Part shown: in pieces, positions 7,738-16,100 of the stretch | Numbering within the stretch: the first letter of the stretch is position 1 | Layout of the letters: each line of letters starts with the position of its first letter | DNA from: a virus | Lineage: Duplodnaviria > Caudoviricetes | IMG/VR virus record: IMGVR_UViG_3300043427_001721 | Span: 1-28,230 of that record | Direction: 5' to 3' (one strand) | DNA length: 28,230 bases | Position numbers and translations under genes: made by a program | The notes under the pieces: model-generated | Seen by the model: the letters and a program-made list of their open reading frames with translations, nothing else | Database searches by the model: none | Told to the model about the DNA's origin: nothing

Positions 7738-8169
7738 ATGACCATCGAATTCGACGAGTGGGACAAAGAGTGGGATCGGACATCTCACACCGTCAGCGAA
7801 TACCAGAGAGAAATTCGCGAAATGCGCGAGCGGCTGATTTGGTATGTCGCGCGGATCAGCGCGCTTGAGACGGAGATTCAGAGAGATGCGGAAGAGCGAC
7901 GCGCGATGGGTGCAGGAGCCATGACATCAACAGAGAGCTCATTCTACGCACAAATGTCTGACCTTGAGATTGTCGGTCATGTCGTAGTTATTCCAGACGC
8001 GAGCGAATTATCGCAGGCGCTCGCGCTTCGCGTATGTCGTCTTGTTGAAGAGCGCGAGAAAGCGCAAAGGATCGCCGCAGATCTACAGCGAAAGCTGCTC
8101 TCTTTACAGCTTGGGATCGCTGAAGACAAGCTCGACGCCTATGTTGAGATCGTAGAGCGCGCGGCATGA
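7738..8169 (+). CDS. coiled-coil hypothetical; probably two genes (7738-7924, 7921-8169) fused by a 1-nt insertion
   Basis: GGAGAGG RBS before ATG 7738. The +1 frame from 7880 reads REMRKSDARWVQEP* with TGA overlapping ATG 7921. Confidence 0.55.
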   Translation: MTIEFDEWDKEWDRTSHTVSEYQREIREMRERLIWYVARISALETEIQRDAEERRAMGAGAMTSTESSFYAQMSDLEIVGHVVVIPDASELSQALALRVCRLVEEREKAQRIAADLQRKLLSLQLGIAEDKLDAYVEIVERAA

Positions 8170-8288
8170 ATCCGGCCCTCCGAGAGCTTGTCGAGCTGCT
8201 TGCTCGAGCTGCCTACCAGGAGCTCCGGGACGCGCCGCCAGCGCCCCAGGATGGGCAGAAGTTGATCGAGAGCCGCCTGTCATCATAA
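8166..8288 (+). CDS. 40-aa helical protein, candidate recombination directionality factor
   Basis: MNPALRELVELLARAAYQELRDAPPAPQDGQKLIESRLSS. ATGA overlap upstream; ends 9 nt before the integrase ATG. Confidence 0.6.
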   Translation: MNPALRELVELLARAAYQELRDAPPAPQDGQKLIESRLSS

Positions 8289-8297
8289 GGTGACGCC

Positions 8298-9893
8298 ATG
8301 CGCGCCATTATTTACGCCCGATATTCGACCGAACATCAGACTGAATCGACGATCCTCGATCAGCTTCGTCGATGCCGCGACTACGCGAAAAATCACGGAT
8401 TAAAGATCGCCGCCGAGTACACCGACGAGGGTATCTCCGGCGCTGCGATAGGGAATCGACCAGGCGTTCAGAAGGCGCTCGCCGAGCTCGAGCGCGGGGA
8501 TGTTCTCCTGGTCGTCGACACTACGCGCCTTTCGCGTTCCCAGGATCTTGCGCCGTTGCTCACTAGGCTGCGGCATCGAGGCATCCGCGTCGTCGGCGTC
8601 CTGGACGGGTTCGACTCTGACAGTCGCACCGCCAGGATGCAGGCGGGTCTTTCCGGGATCATGTCCGAAGAGTTTCGCGCGCAGATCGCCTCGAGAACTC
8701 ACTCGGCGCTCGATATGAGAGCGCGCCAGGGAAAGGCGACGGGCGGGAAGTGTTACGGGTACTCGAAGGCGGGAGAGATCATCGAGGCGGAGGCCGCGAT
8801 CGTGCGCGAGGTGTTTGAGCGCGCAGCTCGAGGTGAGGCGATGAAGGCGATCGTCTGCGATCTGAATCGACGCGGAGTGCCGTCACCTGGCTCGAGCTGG
8901 GAGCGAAAGGCTCGCCGATCGGACGGGATGTGGCTCGTCTCGGCGATTCACTCGATGCTCGGGAACGATCGCTACATCGGCCGGGTTGTGTGGAATCGCT
9001 CGATCTGGAAGCGAGACCCAGACACCGGCAAGCGTCAGCGCGTCGAGCGACCGGAGTCGGAATGGATCGTGACCGAAGGTCCGGCGATCGTTCAGCTCGA
9101 GACCTGGGAGAAGGTTCGCGCCCTGGCGACGCCGAGAAAGTTCCACAATGGAACGAAAGGTCGCGGTCCGAAGTACATCCTTTCGGGGATTCTGGTTTGC
9201 GGGGAATGTGGCGGGAAGTTGGTCGCGACCGGCGCGAACGGTTCCTGGTACTACTGCGGCACCCGGCACCAGGGAGGCGACTCGGCCTGCTCGATGGCGA
9301 TCGGCGCCAGGCGGGACGTTGCCGAGGAGAAGCTGCTCGAGCCGATTACAAAACAGCTCCTCTCGAGCGACGCGGTCGAGCTGGCGGTCGCAATGATCCG
9401 CCAATGGCGGCGGGATGAACGCACGGAGTCGACGCGCCCGGCAGAGCTCGAGGAGCTTGATCGCCGGATCGCGAAGCTCGAGGCGCAAGTATCCCAAGGG
9501 ATACTCGACCGGGAGGACATCGCGCCCTCGGTAGCCGCGCTCCTGGAGCGCCGTCGAGCCCTGCTGGCGAAGTCCTGGCGGAAGGCGAACTCGAGGTCGA
9601 ACGTCGACCAGGCGGTCGCCGAGGAGGCCTATCGGCAGGCGGTCGCGAATATGCGGGAGGCTTTGCAGGGACCGGCGGCTCGAGCTCGAGCTGCGGTTCA
9701 CGAGCTTCTCGGGGACGTTGTGTGCCGTCCCGAGGCTGGAGTCCTAGTCGCTGCTGTCGCTGTGAATACCGCGCCGCTCATGCGAGCGGCGGGTGTTTCA
9801 CAGAATGGTAGCGGGGGCTCGCTTCCTTATTATGAAATGGTACCACTTGTTCGAGGCGGTCCGCCCTTATTTTCAAAGCTGCTCGCGGCCTAG
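8298..9893 (+). CDS. int: large serine recombinase (integrase)
   Basis: YARYS with catalytic Ser10, TRLSR, recombinase domain, zinc ribbon LSGILVCGECG...YYC...C, coiled coil. Confidence 0.96.
   Translation: MRAIIYARYSTEHQTESTILDQLRRCRDYAKNHGLKIAAEYTDEGISGAAIGNRPGVQKALAELERGDVLLVVDTTRLSRSQDLAPLLTRLRHRGIRVVGVLDGFDSDSRTARMQAGLSGIMSEEFRAQIASRTHSALDMRARQGKATGGKCYGYSKAGEIIEAEAAIVREVFERAARGEAMKAIVCDLNRRGVPSPGSSWERKARRSDGMWLVSAIHSMLGNDRYIGRVVWNRSIWKRDPDTGKRQRVERPESEWIVTEGPAIVQLETWEKVRALATPRKFHNGTKGRGPKYILSGILVCGECGGKLVATGANGSWYYCGTRHQGGDSACSMAIGARRDVAEEKLLEPITKQLLSSDAVELAVAMIRQWRRDERTESTRPAELEELDRRIAKLEAQVSQGILDREDIAPSVAALLERRRALLAKSWRKANSRSNVDQAVAEEAYRQAVANMREALQGPAARARAAVHELLGDVVCRPEAGVLVAAVAVNTAPLMRAAGVSQNGSGGSLPYYEMVPLVRGGPPLFSKLLAA
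9796..9837. other. putative attP inside the integrase 3' end, matching the tRNA-fMet 3' end
   Basis: Imperfect inverted repeat (14 of 20 positions pair) centred on GG 9816-9817. Minus strand of 9806-9818 reads GCCCCCGCTACCA. Confidence 0.75.
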
Positions 9894-10142
9894 CCGACAG
9901 CTCGCCAGGGAGCGCACAGAGCGGAGCTTGATGTTTGCCTCGTTGAGGCATTCGGTCGCGTCGAGGTAAGCCCTGGCGAGGTCTCCGTTTGTCTGGAGCG
10001 ATCGCTCCGGGACGACACACTCTGCCGTCAGGTAGTCAGGGATCGGGGGGCACGTCTCGACGATCACCGAGCGACCAGCGCACCCGGTCAGGGATAGGAT
10101 CGAGAGCCCAATCGCGGCTCTCCGGGTCGGTCGTCGTGGCAT
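9873..10142 (-). CDS. o-spanin (Rz1-like lipoprotein)
   Basis: Lipobox LTGC, Pro/Cys-rich mature part, TNGDL motif; overlaps the Rz-like gene. Confidence 0.85.
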   Translation of the reverse strand: MPRRPTRRAAIGLSILSLTGCAGRSVIVETCPPIPDYLTAECVVPERSLQTNGDLARAYLDATECLNEANIKLRSVRSLASCRLGREQL

Positions 10143-10401
10143 TGGATAGATCCTCGCGTTTCCTATTTGCGGAGCGACGTATCGCTACCAGATCACGCTC
10201 GAGGCTGGTCAGGACGAGCTGCTGCTCGGCGAGTGCCTCGGCGAATCGTTCGCCCGCCTCCGCCGTCGCGGCCTCCCATCGAGCCCGCTCCGCCTCGACG
10301 CCGTTCCCGTAGGCCCATCGGTAAGCCCCGACCAGGAGCGCCAGGGAAGCCAGGACGGCGACCAGGTGCGGGAGGTATCGCAGGAGCCAGGGCGGGATCA
10401 T
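10036..10401 (-). CDS. i-spanin (Rz-like)
   Basis: N-terminal TM helix, coiled coil, C-terminal WALDPIPD; ATG 10401 in an ATGA overlap. Confidence 0.8.
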   Translation of the reverse strand: MIPPWLLRYLPHLVAVLASLALLVGAYRWAYGNGVEAERARWEAATAEAGERFAEALAEQQLVLTSLERDLVAIRRSANRKREDLSNATTTDPESRDWALDPIPDRVRWSLGDRRDVPPDP

Positions 10402-10613
10402 TCGCGCGGGTCGCGGCCGGTGAGCCAGGTGATGTACCAGATCGCCTTCCCGGCCTCCTGCTTCGGCGCGTCCTTCTTTCCCAGGCGCCAGAGGTAAGCC
10501 ATCGCGGAGCCCTTGACGTAGCCCTGGAACTCCTCCGGCGTCAGAGCCGCGCGCAGCGCGTCGATACACTCGATCTCGCCCTGGTAGTGGCTCGGGTTGA
10601 TCGCGTCCTTCAT
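10398..10613 (-). CDS. DUF3310 (SaV / T7 gp1.7-like) protein
   Basis: DAINPSHY...ECIDAL...YLWR.GKK...KAIWY motif. Confidence 0.85.
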   Translation of the reverse strand: MKDAINPSHYQGEIECIDALRAALTPEEFQGYVKGSAMAYLWRLGKKDAPKQEAGKAIWYITWLTGRDPRE

Positions 10614-11806
10614 GCCGCCCTCGGGATGGTGATCCATTCGGTCTTCGATGTGGTCGTGCCGCGTTGCACATAGACCGGCATTCGGAACGTAATGCCGTGT
10701 TGCGGGTGCGTGATCCAGAGCGCCTGCTGCGCCGGTTCGACGTCGAAGTTGTTCGCGTCGGCGTACTCGTCGTAGCCCTTGAGCGTCCCGTTTACGATGA
10801 AGCGATTCATGTGAATGTACTGGTGCCAATGCCCGAGGAGCATGACGTCGAAGCTCTTGTCGGTCTGGACGTTGCGCGCGCGTTTCTTTTTGTCGCCTCG
10901 AGCGATCGGACCGAGCGCGCCGATCATTCCGTCGCCGCCTCGAAACTGATCGCCGTGCGTGAGGAGGTATCGCGTCCCGAAGATCTTGTAGTAGGCGTCC
11001 GGCCCTTCCGGGATCAGGAACGTCACGCGGCGATCGGCCTCGAACACCTTTGCGAGCATCTGGTACAGAAGCCAGTCGAAGTTCGTGTGGTTGCGTCGCT
11101 TCGCTCGAGGCTTGCGACTAGTGCGGCCGTGGTTGCCGGTGACGCAGGGAATGAAGACGGCGCCAAACTCATCCGCTAGGGTGCGAACGCACCAGGACAG
11201 GACACCGACGAGCTCGATCAGAGCTGGCATCGTCGGCATTTCGTTCGTTTCGGATAGCTCCTCGTGAATGTCGCCCGAGAGCATATCGCCGCCCAGGATA
11301 AACACACAGCCGGGATACTTGCCGCCCTGGATGTGCTTTCGCAGGAGCTCGATCGCGACCGTGATGAAGGTGCGCGCTCGATCCTTGGCGATCTCGACGT
11401 TGTACTCGTTCACGCCTCCGATCTCGGCAGGACGGACGACCTCGCCGAAGTGCCAGTCGCTCGCGAACAGCGTCGGGACGCCTGCAAACTCCGACACCGG
11501 CCGCGACGGTTTCGTCAGCCAGGCAGGCGGAGCCACCGATGCGCGCGAGAGCTTGAAGATCTCATCGCGAACGACCGCGTCGTTCAGCATCTTGCTCTCG
11601 AGATCTTTGATGTGAGCTCGAGCGGCGCGAAGCTGCTCCTCGAGGGTGTGCGGACGTTGCTCCGCTTGTTCGATTTTGTCGACGTGCAGACGGATCGTGC
11701 CGGAGTTCACTCCGAGAGCGAGAGCCGTCTGTCGCAAGTTGCGACCGTTTTTCAGCCAGGCTGCGTGAACAGCCACCGAGTCGAGGTTCTTCTTTGCTGT
11801 TGTCAT
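10610..11806 (-). CDS. calcineurin-like metallophosphoesterase with N-terminal HTH
   Basis: SDWH, GGD, GNHG, THGD and GHWH motifs; N-terminal NLRQTALALGVNSGTI. ATG 11806 in an ATGA overlap. Confidence 0.85.
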   Translation of the reverse strand: MTTAKKNLDSVAVHAAWLKNGRNLRQTALALGVNSGTIRLHVDKIEQAEQRPHTLEEQLRAARAHIKDLESKMLNDAVVRDEIFKLSRASVAPPAWLTKPSRPVSEFAGVPTLFASDWHFGEVVRPAEIGGVNEYNVEIAKDRARTFITVAIELLRKHIQGGKYPGCVFILGGDMLSGDIHEELSETNEMPTMPALIELVGVLSWCVRTLADEFGAVFIPCVTGNHGRTSRKPRAKRRNHTNFDWLLYQMLAKVFEADRRVTFLIPEGPDAYYKIFGTRYLLTHGDQFRGGDGMIGALGPIARGDKKKRARNVQTDKSFDVMLLGHWHQYIHMNRFIVNGTLKGYDEYADANNFDVEPAQQALWITHPQHGITFRMPVYVQRGTTTSKTEWITIPRAA

Positions 11807-12099
11807 TCTGTTTTGAAAGTCGTAAGCGCTTGTTGTAAGAGCGCGCCCAGGTTGTCGACGAACGCCTCGTCGTGAGAGAGATCGTGGTTCATCATGTCCA
11901 GGAGTGCGTGACACAGCTCGTGACAGAAGGTCGCCTGGAGCTGCGTCTCGATCGGATCTGCTAGGAGGTCGATGCGGAGCTTGTCGGGTATCCAGATTCC
12001 GACGTTGCCCTTGCCGTGACGCCATTTCGAGCGCGGAATGACGCGGACCTTGATCGTATGACCGAGGAGCTGGAACTCCTTCGGGATGCCGGTCGTCAC
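11803..12099 (-). CDS. small HExxH zinc metallopeptidase-like protein
   Basis: TFCHELCHALL with a downstream E (DEAFV). Confidence 0.7.
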   Translation of the reverse strand: MTTGIPKEFQLLGHTIKVRVIPRSKWRHGKGNVGIWIPDKLRIDLLADPIETQLQATFCHELCHALLDMMNHDLSHDEAFVDNLGALLQQALTTFKTE

Positions 12100-12103
12100 T
12101 AGG

Positions 12104-12331
12104 TCACCGATGCGGGAGCGGTGTCGTCGTAATCGCTCGGAGCGCCAGGTTCACAATCGACCCGACGAGCAAAATCGCAGCGGCTACCTGGGCGCCGAAT
12201 AGCGTCGTCAGGTGAGCGCCGGAGAGCTCGAGGCCTCCCAGGACGGCGAGCGCGACATTGATCCAGACCGTCCGTGAGCGAATCGCCCCGCGGAGCCAGT
12301 CAAGCGACGTGATCTGCGACTCTTCGGTCAT
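12104..12331 (-). CDS. putative holin (2 TM)
   Basis: SRTVWINV, two hydrophobic helices and LRAITTTPL; adjacent to the endolysin. Confidence 0.7.
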   Translation of the reverse strand: MTEESQITSLDWLRGAIRSRTVWINVALAVLGGLELSGAHLTTLFGAQVAAAILLVGSIVNLALRAITTTPLPHR

Positions 12332-12842
12332 TGGCGAATCTCCGTAGTAGGTTGGAAAGACCGACGCAGCACGTCGGACGAAGAGTCCTGATGCGGTCGG
12401 CGTGATAGATGAACTCCGGCTCGAGAATCAGCGACGCGCATCGAGTCGCGCGAAGGAAGTAGAGCGGCCCCTTCGACTTGTCTGCCTGGTAGAACCCAGG
12501 TTTAAGGCCTCGGTCCGGCGCGAAGTGTTTCGCGAGCACCGCCTGGACCTCGCGCCCAAGCAAAAGCCCGCTCGAGCTGCCCGGCATATAAAGCGTCTCG
12601 CTGCCCTGCCCTGCGTTCTTCGGGCTCGCGTTAAAGTGGATCTCGATCGCGAGGTCGCTCGAGGTCGCCCTGGCATTGATCCATCGGACCTTTGCGCCGA
12701 GCTCACCAGGCGGGACGACGATCGCGTCGGGCATAAGCCGAGAGAGCTCCGTCACCCAGGCCTGCGCTTCGGTGTGCTCAACGAAGCCGCGCCAGGCCGC
12801 GCCAGGTGCGCGCGGATGGTGTCCGGCGGATAGGAAAAGCAT
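12300..12842 (-). CDS. endolysin, N-acetylmuramoyl-L-alanine amidase (Amidase_3)
   Basis: LSAGH, E, EIHFNA, GSET and ILEPEFI motifs. Confidence 0.9.
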   Translation of the reverse strand: MLFLSAGHHPRAPGAAWRGFVEHTEAQAWVTELSRLMPDAIVVPPGELGAKVRWINARATSSDLAIEIHFNASPKNAGQGSETLYMPGSSSGLLLGREVQAVLAKHFAPDRGLKPGFYQADKSKGPLYFLRATRCASLILEPEFIYHADRIRTLRPTCCVGLSNLLRRFANDRRVADHVA

Positions 12843-13102
12843 CAGCGACGAACGAGAGCTCGGTCGAGCTTGTCCTCGATCGACTTCAGACGCTCTGTCT
12901 GGTTCGCAAGCTGCGCCTCGATGACGGCAATCCGCCGATCGGCCTCCGGCTGAATCTTTACTTGCTCGACGACGTCGATGCGTTTCGAGATGTTCTCCAG
13001 ACGCTCCGTCATCTGACCGCCCCAGTACACGAGCACGATCACGAGGGAAACATCGACCAGGAGAGATCCCGGCGGGACCTTGAGCTTTGCTGCATCAAAC
13101 AT
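12842..13102 (-). CDS. membrane protein with coiled coil (holin/lysis accessory)
   Basis: Single TM then heptads ending IEDKLDR; GAGGA RBS before ATG 13102. Confidence 0.6.
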   Translation of the reverse strand: MFDAAKLKVPPGSLLVDVSLVIVLVYWGGQMTERLENISKRIDVVEQVKIQPEADRRIAVIEAQLANQTERLKSIEDKLDRALVRR

Positions 13103-13106
13103 TGAA

Positions 13107-16100
13107 CTATTCCTCGACACTCACAATGGACACCCTCTGGCTGTTGTTGCCAGTACCGAAAGCAAGGGAGCGCGCGGTGACCGCGGCGCGATAGGTTCGA
13201 TCCGAGAGGCTCGCGTCGCTGTCGGTGTAACTCGCCGAGCCGCTCATGTTTTGAGTCCAGATTCGCGCGTAGAGATTGTTCGGATACGGCTCCGAATCCG
13301 TCTCGTATGACCAGCTCCCGCTGACGTTAAGAGTTGCGACCTCGGTCTCTGCCCCGCTGCCGATCTTTCGGTAGAGCTTGACCGTGGCCGAGATTGAGCC
13401 GCTGTCAGTACCCGTCGATGAGCCCTGCATTTGCGTCCAGTTCCCGCTGTACGCATAGCTGACCGTGACGACTTTCGGGTCGCCGTTGGTGCCGAACGGA
13501 CCGACGGTGATCTGTGCGGTCGCCGAGAGGTCGCTCGTCTCCCCGCGGTTTGTAAGCGTTCCCGCCGAAAGCGTTCCGCCGAAATAGGCGGAGCCGTTGG
13601 TCTTGAGGTAATAGACCGCGTTCGCCTCGGTGCAGCTCGAGAGGCTTGCGAAGTAAGGCCCGTACCATTCGATGAATTGCGAGGTGCTGCCGAACGGAGC
13701 CCCGGTGACCTTCATGTAGGAGCCGGTCGTCGTAATCGTGCGGCCGTTGGTGACGTCGACGCGAAAGCTGTCCGCCGTGTTTCGGATGGTTCCTGCGGTA
13801 AGCGTGCCGATGTTCGCGGTGATGCTCGAGAGATCGGTGACAGAGATCTTTCCGGCGGTGACCGCTCCCGCGAAGATCTTGTCGGTAGTGACTGCGCCTG
13901 CAAAAATCTTCGCAGTCGTGACCGCCTCGTCGCTGATCTGCGTCGAGATGATCTGTCCGGTGAGATCGTCTGTCGGAACTGCCGTCGTCCAGGCGGTGCC
14001 GGTGTAGCGGTAGAGCTTCGAGTTCGTCGTCAAGAAGACCATCCGACCGGCAAACAAATTGGTCGACGGGAGTGTGGCGACGATCTCGTAGCCGATTTTA
14101 TTCTTCGAGACCGTGAAGACCGCGGTGTAGGTGACGCCGTTGTAGACCGCCGAGAGCGTAAGTGTGCCGACGTCGACCGAGAGAGCCGTGATGCGGTAGT
14201 AGCCCTTCGCCTGTCCCGAGACAGGAGTGTTTGTCGCCGTATTGATTGTGCCGGTGACGCCCGAGCCCGCGGTCGCCGAGAGGGTCGCGGAGGCCGTGAC
14301 GTCTGTCGACCCCTGGTAGACCTTGAGCGTACCGTCTGCGCCCGAGAAGCTGGGGACAGAGCCGTCTGCGTAGGCGAGAATTTGAAAGGCGCTTTTCGAG
14401 ATCTGAATGTTGACCGAGTCCGCGCCGTTGGTGCCGTTTGTTCCGTTCGTGCCGTTGGTGCCGGGCGCGCCGTCCTGCGCGATCAGCGCTGGAGAGCTCC
14501 ATTCCGTGTTTGCGATCGAGTCGGTACTCGAGGTCGCTGCGGCGGTCGCCTGGATAGACCACAAATATGAGCCGCCGGTGCTAGGAACTGCCCGCGTCCA
14601 TCCGCTAGGCTGACCAGAGACCGCACCTGTCGAAAATGTGTAAGTCGTAGAGCCCGCGCTCGCGACACTAGGTGCCGAGTTGCTCGAGGTGCGCTGATAC
14701 AGAAACACCGTCGCCGAGTTGAGGCCGTCTGCGCCGTTTGCCCCGTTTGTACCGTTTGCCCCGTTTGTACCGTTTGCCCCGTTTGCCCCGTTTTGAGCCA
14801 GGAGCACCGGCCCGCCCCATTCGTTCGAGGCAATCGTGTCCGTTGAGGTTGAGGAAACCGCAGAGGCGATGATGACGTATAACGGATCGGTGCCGCCTGG
14901 GATGGTTTTTGACCATCCGTTCGCGAGCGTTGCGGTAGTAATTGTGCCAGCCGTGAAGTCGAAGGTGACGGCGCCGGGATTGTCGCCAGGCGCCGACGCG
15001 GCTCGCTTGTAGGCGTAGACCTGGGCGACGTTGGTGCCGTTGGTGCCGTTGGTGCCGTTGGTGCCGTTCGTTCCGTTCGTTCCGTTCGTTCCCGCGTTGC
15101 CCTGGCGCGCTTTCGTGACAGAAAACACCTTGTCGATCGAGTAGCTCCCGGCGTAAGTCGCGCGAAATGCGACCGAGCCGGTGTCCGCTGACATCGCGGT
15201 CACCGAGTAGGCGCCGCTCGAGGCATTGATTGAGGCGGTGACGTTGGTCTGTCCCAGGATCGAGAACGTGCAGGAGCTCGTGACGTCGGTCGTGCCGACG
15301 AAGACCTTAAAGTCGCCGACCGCAGTCGCGAATGAGCTAACAGTCCCGGCGGAGTCTGCCGGTACGGTGACCGCTTCGTTCGTGAGGTAACCGACCAGGG
15401 TCGGCGGTTTCGCGGCGATCGTCACCGAGCTCGAGGTCGTGTTCGGATACCAGTCCGAGCGAACTCGAGCGCGGCGAGTCCTGATCCAGTAGTAGCGGGC
15501 GGAGGTGTCGTTCGTGACGTGCTGAAAGTCGGACGCGCGACCGTCGAAGATCTTCGTCGCGGTTCCGCGATCGTTTGCGGTTGAGGCGTAGAGCTCGACC
15601 GAGTCATAGGAGGCGGGATCGTTCGGGAGCGTCCAGGCGATCAGCGCGAAGCCGTCCTGGGCGCTTGCGGTGAGCGAGCTGATCGCAGGAGGCTTGCTGT
15701 CCTGGTCGGCCGTTGCGGTCTCCGGCGCCGGGACGAATTGGATGCGAAGGCACGAGCCCGCAAGAGATCGCTCGGAGATAACGGCAGGGTCCGCGTAGCC
15801 CGCCCACGGGTCGTAGTTGTCGTCGTATCTTTTGAGCCCCTCGTTATCGAGGAACGTCAGGAAGCCGAGATAGGGCTGCGCGATCGGGACCGCGCCGGTG
15901 TTTGCGACGAATCGGTTCGTCAGATCCGGCGCAGAAACGGCCGAGCCATCGAGGAGCAGAAGCATCGAACCCGGACCGCCCGCGCCACCGGCGCCGGGAT
16001 AGTATTTGTTCGGGTTGGCGTTGTGCATCGGCGGCATGACCGACGAGTTGCCGGACAAGTTAATCGTCGCCGACGCGCCGGTAGAGAATCCGCGCGAGAC

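Noticed and set aside
3601-8169. Many proteins ending in -AA (Cro, exonuclease, RecT-like, others) as degrons
   Set aside because: Explained by GAGG..GC.GC.(A/G)TGA RBS and start-stop overlaps. Degron activity is not excluded but is unsupported.
8883-9701. 272-aa ORF antisense to the integrase
   Set aside because: Shadow ORF expected from GC-rich codon bias; no RBS or motif.
9790-9860. A complete tRNA gene
   Set aside because: Only 13 nt of acceptor-end sequence is present, with no T-arm or anticodon arm; treated as an att site.
13431-14570. 379-aa plus-strand ORF (also 17424-18512, 19534-20193, 20216-20917)
   Set aside because: Antisense shadows of clear tail genes.
14420-15101. Tandem repeats as a CRISPR array or DGR repeats
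   Set aside because: They are 9-bp in-frame coding repeats without spacers; no cas or reverse transcriptase gene in the window.
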